From positions 1-40,067 of the forward strand of contig JACPAT010000026.1 of the NCBI GenBank assembly GCA_016180655.1: 40,067 bases of DNA, in the 5' to 3' direction. Each line of letters starts with the position of its first letter. Within the stretch, counting starts at the first letter, position 1. This document shows positions 8,331 through 15,420 of this stretch, in pieces. The position numbers and the translations under genes were made by a program. The stretch comes from Candidatus Methylomirabilota bacterium. GTDB lineage: Bacteria > Methylomirabilota > Methylomirabilia > Methylomirabilales > 2-02-FULL-66-22. The notes under the pieces were generated by a model, which made no database searches, was not told where the DNA came from, and saw only the letters and a list, made by a program, of their open reading frames with translations.

Positions 8331-8918
8331 ATGGAGAGCACGCGGCGCGGGCGATCGGAGGCCGCGGCGAGAACCGGGCGAGGCGTCACAGCCGGGCGCG
8401 GGGGCGGCTCCCGGCGGGCGGACCCCCGGAGGTATGTCACCCGGGGGCGCCTCGGGTTTCTCACGGTGGCGGACGGCGGGCGGTCGGCGACGCTCATGGT
8501 GGGGCCGGTTCGAGGGCCCGAGCATCTGGAGCTGATCCATCGCGCCGGGTTCTACCATGTCCCGGTTTCCGCCATCGCCGCCTTCCGAACCGCCGTGGCC
8601 TACATCGCCTTCTACGAGAGCGCCTCCCGTTTCCACCGCCGGACAGGGCTGATCCGGGAGTACGCCGCGGTCCTCGGCATCTCGCGCGTGCGCCGCTGCG
8701 ACCTGCCCGGCTTGACCTGGCCGGCACGCGGCGCCCGGGACGCCCCCTACTACCGCTTTGACCTGGGGCCGATGCAGGCGCTTCCCCGGCCCATCACGAA
8801 TCCGGACCGGCTTCGCGTCGCGTTCCGGTTCCCCGACTTCGAGCGGTTCCGCGCCGCCGCGACGCTCCGGGATCTGGGACCGCGTGGGCCCCGGGATCCG
8901 AAGGCGGGAGACCGCTGA
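8331..8918 (+). CDS. Hypothetical protein, stand-alone PUA-like (putative nucleic-acid reader) domain
   Basis: Pattern LMVG...H...FYHVP...YIAFYE...I.EYA.V...YY.F.LGP...LPRPI...F..A.TL.DL recalls domains fused to DUF559/McrC-type nucleases; start uncertain. Confidence 0.6.
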   Translation: MESTRRGRSEAAARTGRGVTAGRGGGSRRADPRRYVTRGRLGFLTVADGGRSATLMVGPVRGPEHLELIHRAGFYHVPVSAIAAFRTAVAYIAFYESASRFHRRTGLIREYAAVLGISRVRRCDLPGLTWPARGARDAPYYRFDLGPMQALPRPITNPDRLRVAFRFPDFERFRAAATLRDLGPRGPRDPKAGDR

Positions 8919-8985
8919 GGAGCGCCCCCGGTGGGATACTACCAGAACAGATGAGGGGCCAGATGAGTCAGCGCGGACTAGGCCG

Positions 8986-9116
8986 CAACCACAGATGAAC
9001 ACAGATGAACACAGATGTTTATGGCATGTTTTCTCCGTGAATCTGCGTAATCTGTCCGCCTGTGGCGGACCAGGGCTCCATCTGCGGTTAGAGCCGGCCT
9101 TGGCGCCTTGGCGGTT
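8986..9116. repeat. CAGATGAAC-type palindromic repeat, copy 2, plus a half-copy of the AACCGCCAAGGCGCCAA element
   Basis: AACCACAGATGAACACAGATGAACACAGATG ... AATCTGCGTAATCTG[TCCGCCTGTGGCGGA]...CATCTGCGGTT; 9100-9116 is the exact reverse complement of 32-48. Confidence 0.75.
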
Positions 9117-9147
9117 GGGAATTTCGGATCGGGGTGAGGAGCAACCG

Positions 9148-9552
9148 ATGCGCCTAAAGAAGGTCGAGCGGGAGTTCATCGCGTTCCAGCGGGTCTGCCG
9201 CGTGGCCACGGCCAGGCGGGACGGGACGCCCCACAACGTTCCGGTCTGCCCGATCCTGGACGGGGATCGGATCTACTTTGCCTCGGCCGCCGACGGGGTC
9301 AAGGTGCGGAACGTCCAGGCCACCGGCCGGGTGGCACTGGCCTTCGACGAGTACACGGAAATCTGGTCGGGCCTGAAGGGCGTCCTGGTCTGGGGAACGG
9401 CCCGGGTGATCCAGGCCGGCCCGGCCTTCCGGCGGATCCGGAAGCTCCTCTACCAGCGGTACCCGCAGTACGAGGGCTACGCCGCGCTGGAGGAGCGGGC
9501 ATCGGTCATCGTCGAGGTGACCCCGACCCGGACGTTCCACTGGGGGCTGTAA
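9148..9552 (+). CDS. Pyridoxamine 5'-phosphate oxidase-like (split beta-barrel flavin/deazaflavin) protein
   Basis: RVATARRDGTPHNVPV, KVRNV, RVALAFD, SGLKGVLVWGTA, VEVTP...WG; SD GAGGAG. Confidence 0.88.
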   Translation: MRLKKVEREFIAFQRVCRVATARRDGTPHNVPVCPILDGDRIYFASAADGVKVRNVQATGRVALAFDEYTEIWSGLKGVLVWGTARVIQAGPAFRRIRKLLYQRYPQYEGYAALEERASVIVEVTPTRTFHWGL

Positions 9553-9559
9553 CCTTCGA

Positions 9560-9626
9560 CCCCTCACCCACAGCCCTCTCCCACTCCACCCAGAGGGTAC
9601 CCGGGAGAGGGGGCGGGAGAGAGGGG
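9560..9626. repeat. CCCTCACCC/CCCTCTCCC-type palindromic repeat
   Basis: CCCTCACCC followed by arms CCCTCTCCC (9574-9582)/GGGAGAGGG (9603-9611). Confidence 0.6.
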
Positions 9627-9635
9627 TGGAGCGGG

Positions 9636-10358
9636 ATGGATGCGCTGCAGATCCTCCAAGGGGAGGTGGTGGCGTGCCGCAAGTGCCCTCGCCTGGTGGC
9701 GAACCGGGAGCGCGTGGCGCGAGAGAAGGTGCGGCGGTACCGCGATGAGGAATACTGGGGGAAGCCGATCCCGGGCTTCGGTGACCCCGATGCCCGGTTG
9801 CTGATCGTCGGCCTCGCCCCCGCGGCCCACGGGGGCAATCGCACGGGCCGGATCTTCACGGGAGATCGGAGCGGCGACTTCCTCACCCGCGCCCTACATC
9901 GCGCGGGGTTCGCCAATCAGCCCTGGTCCCGCCATAGACGGGACGGCCTCGGGCTTCGGGACTGCTACATCACCGCGGCAATCCGCTGCGCCCCGCCGGA
10001 GAACACGCCCACCCGAGAGGAGCTTCTTGCCTGCCGACCGTACCTGGTGGAAGAGCTTCGGCTGCTCCGCCGGGTGCGGGTCGTCGTGGTGCTTGGCCGG
10101 ATCGCTTTCGAGGCGTTCCTGAGGGCCTGGGTCCAGGCCGGACGCTCCCTGCCGTCCCGGCGACCGGGATTCGCCCACGGCGCCATGGCCGAGCTGCCGG
10201 GTGGGATGATGCTCGTCGCGTCCTATCACCCCAGCCAGCAGAACACGCAGACCGGACGGCTCACCCCCGCCATGTTCCAGCGCATCTTTGCCCGGGCGCG
10301 CCGCGCATTGTCCGCCCCGGCGAACCGCCCGCGGAGCAGCGGGAGCCAAAAGGGATGA
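9636..10358 (+). CDS. udgB: Uracil-DNA glycosylase family 5 (UdgB, 4Fe-4S)
   Basis: CRKCPRL, YWGKPIPGFGD, GLAPAAHGGNRTGRIFTGD, RCAPP...C, SYHPSQQNT motifs. Confidence 0.93.
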   Translation: MDALQILQGEVVACRKCPRLVANRERVAREKVRRYRDEEYWGKPIPGFGDPDARLLIVGLAPAAHGGNRTGRIFTGDRSGDFLTRALHRAGFANQPWSRHRRDGLGLRDCYITAAIRCAPPENTPTREELLACRPYLVEELRLLRRVRVVVVLGRIAFEAFLRAWVQAGRSLPSRRPGFAHGAMAELPGGMMLVASYHPSQQNTQTGRLTPAMFQRIFARARRALSAPANRPRSSGSQKG

Positions 10359-10454
10359 ACTGGGGCCCCGATCCACACAGGCGGCTTGCCAGGCGCCGAT
10401 TCGTCTGCTATATGTATCGTGTGTTCGGTCGGATCTGAAGCCGAGGAGGGTTCC

Positions 10455-10700
10455 GTGGACGAACCGTTGTCCCAGCGCATCCTGGACATCATCTTCCAAG
10501 ACCCCGACGTGCGGCGCCTGTACAAGGAGTCGCTCACGGACTGGATCCTGGATACGCAGCCCCGCACGGCGCCCCTGGATGCGGCGGCCCTGGTGCAGTA
10601 CCTGACGGCGCACCAACCGGACCTCTTGAATCGGCTGAAGATCAACGTGCGGATCAAGGAGGACTTGGCCCGCGCGCTGGAGTCCATCGAGCGGAACTGA
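10455..10700 (+). CDS. Small hypothetical protein (81 aa, helical)
   Basis: GTG 10455 with SD GAGGAGG; upstream TTGCCA-N17-TATATG (10386-10414); host-like codon use. Confidence 0.75.
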   Translation: MDEPLSQRILDIIFQDPDVRRLYKESLTDWILDTQPRTAPLDAAALVQYLTAHQPDLLNRLKINVRIKEDLARALESIERN

Positions 10701-10931
10701 TCTCCCGTACGGCTCCCACCTCCTCGCCCGGCATTCCCCTCGCGCTCTCGTGGTCTGGATCGCACTTCCTCTTCCCAGGTGTCGTTGGTCCGCTGATGTT
10801 AGACCCGTCGTCGTGGCGTGCGCCAGCCCCCGGAAGCACCGGAGAGCCGATGGGCGGGAATCCTGTGGGAATCCCGTTGGATCGTGCGGATGCCCGTGGC
10901 CTCCGAGGCGGGGGCAGGGGCTGAGGGCCTC

Positions 10932-11864
10932 ATGGGCCGGCGGCGGGTGCTTCTGGACGTGGACACGGGTGTGGACGACGGCCTGGCCCTCATGCTGGCG
11001 ATCCGTTCGCCGGAACTGGAGGTCCTGGGGATCACCACGGTGAGCGGGAACGTCCCGGTCGCCCGGTCCACGGCCAACACGCTCCTGGTGCTGGAGATGC
11101 TCGGGGCGTCCACGATCCCCGTCGTGGCGGGCGCGGCCGCGCCGCTCGCGCGAGAACCCTTCACGGCGGCCGAGGTGCACGGCAGCGACGGGCTGGGCGG
11201 CGTGACCCAGCAGTACCCGGCGCCGTCGAGCCGGGCCGGACAGGGTGCCGCCGAATTCCTGCTGGAGACGATCCGGCGGTTTCCGGGGGAGCTGACGCTG
11301 ATCGCCACGGGACCCCTGACCAATGTGGCAACGGCGATCCAGCGGGATGCCGAGGCCATGCACCGCCTTCGGGGTGTCACGGTCATGGGAGGCGCCATCC
11401 GCGTGCCGGGAAACGTGGGGCCCACGACGGAGTTCAACTTCGCCGTGGATCCGGAGGCGGCGGCGATCGTCCTCGGGGCGGGACTCCTGCTCACGCTGGT
11501 GCCCCTGGATGTGACGGAGCAGGTGATCCTTTCCCGGCAGGATGTCGACGAGGCGGGGGACGGCGGACCGCTCCAGGGATTCATCCGGGGGATGACGGCC
11601 GCGACCATGGCCTTCCACCGGGACCACGAGGGCTTCGACGGGATGTTCCTCCACGATCCGCTGGCCGTGGGGGTCATTGTGGATCCCTCCCTGGTCCGGG
11701 GGCAGGCGATGGCCGTGGCGATCGAGTGCCGGGGGGAGCTGACCGCGGGCATGGCGGTGGCGGACCTAAGGCGGCGGAGCCGGACCGCTCCCACGGCCAC
11801 GGTGTGCGTCGAGGTGGAAGCGGCCCGATTCCTGCACCTTTTCACACAGCGAGTCCTGCGCTAG
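10932..11864 (+). CDS. Inosine/uridine-preferring nucleoside hydrolase
   Basis: DVDTGVDD (DxDxxxDD), GN, VHGSDGLG, TGPLTN, MGG, EFNFAVDPEAA, LHDPLA. Confidence 0.93.
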   Translation: MGRRRVLLDVDTGVDDGLALMLAIRSPELEVLGITTVSGNVPVARSTANTLLVLEMLGASTIPVVAGAAAPLAREPFTAAEVHGSDGLGGVTQQYPAPSSRAGQGAAEFLLETIRRFPGELTLIATGPLTNVATAIQRDAEAMHRLRGVTVMGGAIRVPGNVGPTTEFNFAVDPEAAAIVLGAGLLLTLVPLDVTEQVILSRQDVDEAGDGGPLQGFIRGMTAATMAFHRDHEGFDGMFLHDPLAVGVIVDPSLVRGQAMAVAIECRGELTAGMAVADLRRRSRTAPTATVCVEVEAARFLHLFTQRVLR

Positions 11865-11987
11865 GCCCCGGGACGGCTTCCCGCCGGGTTCGGCCGCCCG
11901 TAGGCACCGGAGTTCGAGCAGCGGAATCGGGGGGCAGCCGGTCCGACTGACCGGAAGGCAGGCAGATTCTTTCTCCAGAGGTCTGAA

Positions 11988-13070
11988 GTGGATCAGGCAG
12001 GCAACGTTGGTCTTCCTCCCCTGGCGCCGTCCGGGAACGGAGAGGTCGGGGAGCTGATTGACCGGCTGGTGAATGCGGCGGGAGGATCCCCGCACGCCGA
12101 ATTCCTGCACGAGATGGTGCAGACGGTCCTCCGGCTGATCGAGGACCAGGCGGATCGCGGGGATATCAAGATCGTGAACGCCGCCCTCCGGGAGCTCATC
12201 CACGCCTTCCGCGTGTTCGCCCCGTACCGGGGCATCCGAAAGGTGACGATGTTCGGCTCCGCCCGCACGACGGAGGATCAGCCGGAATACCAGCAGGCCC
12301 TGGCCTTCGCCCACGAGGTCAGCCGGCTGGGCTGGATGGTGATCACGGGGGCCGGCGACGGCATCATGAAGGCGGGCCAGGGTGGGGCCGGCCGGGGGCG
12401 GAGCTTCGGCGTGAACATCCGGCTCCCCTTCGACCAGCCGGCCAACGAGTTCATCCAGAACGATTCCAAGCTGATCACGTTCAAGTACTTCTTCACCCGG
12501 AAGCTCATCTTCGTGAAGGAGACCGACGCCATCGCCCTCTTTCCCGGCGGCTTCGGCACCCTGGACGAGGCCTTCGAGATCCTGACACTGGTCCAGACGG
12601 GGAAAAGCAATCCGCTGCCGGTGGTGTGCGTGGATCGGCCGGGCGGCGATTACTGGAAGACCTGGGAGGGCTACGTGCGCAACGTCCTGCTGGCGCGCGG
12701 CCTGATTGCGCCCGAGGATCTCTGCCTGTACCGGGTCACCGACAGGCTCGACGTGGCCGTCGCCGAGGTCACCGGGTTCTACCGCAACTACCACAGCAGC
12801 CGCTACGTGGGGGACCGGCTGGTGATCCGCCTCCAGCACGCCCCGAGCGGCGAAGACCTGGAACGCCTCAATCGGGAGTTCCCGGACATCCTGGTGGACG
12901 GCGCAATCACGGCGAGCCCTGCCTTGCCTGAAGAGGGCAACGACCCCGCCTTGGCGGGGCTCGCCCATCTGCCCCGCCTCACGCTGCACTTCAACCGGCG
13001 CGATGTCGGCAGGCTCCGCCAGCTCATTGACGCCCTGAACCAGCTTCTCGCCGTCTCGCCGGCCGCCTGA
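11988..13070 (+). CDS. LOG family nucleotide 5'-monophosphate phosphoribohydrolase (long form)
   Basis: FGSAR, ITGAGDGIM, YFFTRKLIFVK, PGGFGTLDE motifs; N- and C-terminal extensions; start uncertain. Confidence 0.9.
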   Translation: MDQAGNVGLPPLAPSGNGEVGELIDRLVNAAGGSPHAEFLHEMVQTVLRLIEDQADRGDIKIVNAALRELIHAFRVFAPYRGIRKVTMFGSARTTEDQPEYQQALAFAHEVSRLGWMVITGAGDGIMKAGQGGAGRGRSFGVNIRLPFDQPANEFIQNDSKLITFKYFFTRKLIFVKETDAIALFPGGFGTLDEAFEILTLVQTGKSNPLPVVCVDRPGGDYWKTWEGYVRNVLLARGLIAPEDLCLYRVTDRLDVAVAEVTGFYRNYHSSRYVGDRLVIRLQHAPSGEDLERLNREFPDILVDGAITASPALPEEGNDPALAGLAHLPRLTLHFNRRDVGRLRQLIDALNQLLAVSPAA

Positions 13071-13128
13071 CCGGCGGTCCGCGCCAGGGCGCCATCCACC
13101 GGGCCATTCCTCTCCGATTCCCCGGTCG

Positions 13129-13170
13129 TGTAAGTCCCCTCACAGTCCCGTCCCGGTCCAAGGGACATCA
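13129..13170 (+). promoter_or_regulatory. CRP/FNR-family binding site with class II promoter geometry
   Basis: TGTAA-N6-TCACA (13129-13144; one mismatch to TGTGA-N6-TCACA) and a -10-like CATCAT at 13165-13170. Confidence 0.5.
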
Positions 13171-13236
13171 TGCTTGAGGAAACCCAGCCACCATTGTAGA
13201 GTCGCTCCACCACGGGGCCGAACGCGGAGGGACTGC

Positions 13237-14214
13237 ATGCGCCGGAGCAATCTGGTCGCGAGCATCATCGTATCGGGTGCGTTACTCTGGGGGGCCGAGG
13301 CGAAGGGCGAGGCCACGCTCGCCGGCACGGTGAAGAACGCGGCGGGACAGCCGCTGCCGGGCCTGGCCCTGATGGAGATCGGCGAACTACATGGGAACGT
13401 GTGGGGGCCGGGCACCCTGGTGGACGAGCGGGGCGAGTTCAAGATCGAGGTCCCCAAGGGCGGGCAGTACGGCCTGCACGTCTACTCCGGCGGGTACCTC
13501 TACCATCCCGAGGCGGTGCTGCTGGAGGAGGGCAAGACGGTCCGGGTGACGGTGACCCTGATTCCCGAGGGGACGCGGGCCAACGATCCGATCATCAAGC
13601 GGCTGGGCTTCTTCCCCTGGGAGGGGAACCAGGGGAAGACGACCTACGTCAAGCTGGACGTGGCGGACCCCAACGACGATCTGGGCCCCCAGGTCCTGGC
13701 GTTCAATGCCAGGACGGGTCGCGGCTACGCCCTGGATCCGCCCAGGCAGGTCCGGAACCTGAAGGAGGATTTCCCCCAGGGCGTCTACCAGCTTCCAGTG
13801 GATACCTCCAAGGCACCGATCGAGCCCAAGGACTGGTACTTCGTCATCGCCGACCACCAGTGCAACACCACGGACATTTTGAGCTACCCCCACCAGCCCC
13901 AGCCTCCACGGGTAGTCCGGGTGATCATGGGGGCCCGGCCGGTCTCGGCCGACACGGGGCGGGACCTGTTCCAGCTCTACTGTACCCGATGTCATTACTC
14001 CGATCGGACGGACACGAAGACAGGGCCGGGGCTGCGCGGCCTGTTCGGCCGGGAGACCCTCCCCAGCAGCAACACGCCGGTAAGCGAGGACAATGTCAAG
14101 CACCAGATCTTCACGGGATCGAGGCCCGAGGTCAAGGGAGACCGGATGCCTCCCTTCGGTCACCTGCCCCCAGGGGACATCCAGAGCCTCCTCCTGTTCC
14201 TGAGGACCTTGTGA
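13237..14214 (+). CDS. Secreted protein: carboxypeptidase-regulatory-like beta-sandwich, unknown middle domain, C-terminal monoheme cytochrome c
   Basis: Signal peptide; LAGTVKNAAGQPLPG...DERGEF...GQY; C-terminal GRDLF..YCTRCH..GPGLRGLF..MPPF; SD GGAGG. Confidence 0.8.
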   Translation: MRRSNLVASIIVSGALLWGAEAKGEATLAGTVKNAAGQPLPGLALMEIGELHGNVWGPGTLVDERGEFKIEVPKGGQYGLHVYSGGYLYHPEAVLLEEGKTVRVTVTLIPEGTRANDPIIKRLGFFPWEGNQGKTTYVKLDVADPNDDLGPQVLAFNARTGRGYALDPPRQVRNLKEDFPQGVYQLPVDTSKAPIEPKDWYFVIADHQCNTTDILSYPHQPQPPRVVRVIMGARPVSADTGRDLFQLYCTRCHYSDRTDTKTGPGLRGLFGRETLPSSNTPVSEDNVKHQIFTGSRPEVKGDRMPPFGHLPPGDIQSLLLFLRTL

Positions 14215-14242
14215 CGGGCATCACGCAGAGAGGGGACCACGC

Positions 14243-14632
14243 ATGGTGAGGACGAGCCGTCTCGGATCCATCCTGCTTGCCGGGCTGGTAGGGGCGGGAG
14301 TCGTGGCCCTCGCCGCCGCGCAGCAGGCGAACATCGCCAACGGGAAGGAAAAGTACCTGGAGCACTGCGCCTCCTGCCACGGCAAGGAGGGGAAGGGGGA
14401 CGGTCCGGACGCCAAAGACCTCAACCCCAAGCCGCGCAACCACACCGATGGCAACGTCATGAACCGCCTGCGGGACAACTACCTCTTCACCGTCGTCAAG
14501 AACGGCGGACAGGCGGTGGGCAAATCCGACCAGATGCCCGGCTGGGGGAACATCCTCTCGGACCAGGACATCACCGATGTGATCGCCTTCGTCCGCACCC
14601 TGGCCAAGCCCCCGTACAAGCCGACGAGATAG
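14243..14632 (+). CDS. Monoheme class I cytochrome c
   Basis: Signal peptide; CASCHG..GKGDGP; distal Met in QMPGW; DVIAFVRTL. Confidence 0.92.
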   Translation: MVRTSRLGSILLAGLVGAGVVALAAAQQANIANGKEKYLEHCASCHGKEGKGDGPDAKDLNPKPRNHTDGNVMNRLRDNYLFTVVKNGGQAVGKSDQMPGWGNILSDQDITDVIAFVRTLAKPPYKPTR

Positions 14633-14650
14633 CCGGCGACCCCCTGATGC

Positions 14651-14715
14651 ATTTCGGATGGCGAATTTCGGATGGCGAATTTTCAATCCGAAATTCGAAA
14701 TCCGACATTCGAAAT
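14651..14715. repeat. Palindromic heptamer repeat (TTTCGGA / TCCGAAA family)
   Basis: ATTTCGGATGGCGA x2, then AATCCGA AATTCGA AATCCGA CATTCGA AAT. Confidence 0.75.
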
Positions 14716-14880
14716 GCCCGTGGCATGCCGGCGCCCCGGCCGTCCTTCCGGCGTGGCGTCCTTGTCTCCTCGACGTGTAACGTCGCCGACTGCCGCATGC
14801 GGGTAAGCGGATAGAGTCGAGGGGCCGGATCGGGAGGCCGGGCTCCATGCCCGTCTGAATGGGTCACAGTAAAGAGGAAG

Positions 14881-15396
14881 ATGCTGGTTCCCCCCGGGTT
14901 GCGGCGAGGTCTCGCGGTGGCTGCGCTCCTGGTGCTGGCCGGGGGCGGTGCGGCCGCGACCCTCTGGACGCGGCCGCGGGGTGACCCGGCGCAACCGATC
15001 ACCTTCAGCCACCGGGTTCACGCCGAGCAGTTCCAGATCCCTTGCCTGTATTGCCACACGGCCGCCACGCGATCTCCGGTGGCGGGTATCCCATCGGTGG
15101 AGCGGTGCATGGGGTGCCACAAGCTCACCGCCACCACGCGTCCCGAGGTCATCAAGCTGAAAGGGTACTTCTCTCGCGGGGAACCCATTCCCTGGATCCG
15201 GATCCATTCCCTCCCGCGGTTTGTGTATTTCTCCCACAGGCGACACGTCCTCCGTGACATCCCCTGCCAGGCCTGTCACGGCGAGGTGGAGAAGATGGAC
15301 ACCGTCCGTCAGGTCGGGCCGCTCACCATGGGTTGGTGCGTGGAGTGCCATCGGAAGGAACAGGCGAGCCTGGATTGCCTGACGTGTCATCAGTGA
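14881..15396 (+). CDS. actA: Alternative complex III pentaheme cytochrome c subunit ActA
   Basis: N-terminal TM; QPITFSHRVH; five CxxCH (CLYCH, CMGCH, CQACH, CVECH, CLTCH); TMGWCVECH. Confidence 0.92.
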   Translation: MLVPPGLRRGLAVAALLVLAGGGAAATLWTRPRGDPAQPITFSHRVHAEQFQIPCLYCHTAATRSPVAGIPSVERCMGCHKLTATTRPEVIKLKGYFSRGEPIPWIRIHSLPRFVYFSHRRHVLRDIPCQACHGEVEKMDTVRQVGPLTMGWCVECHRKEQASLDCLTCHQ

Positions 15397-15420
15397 TGGC
15401 TGAAGGCTGCCGGAGGCGAG

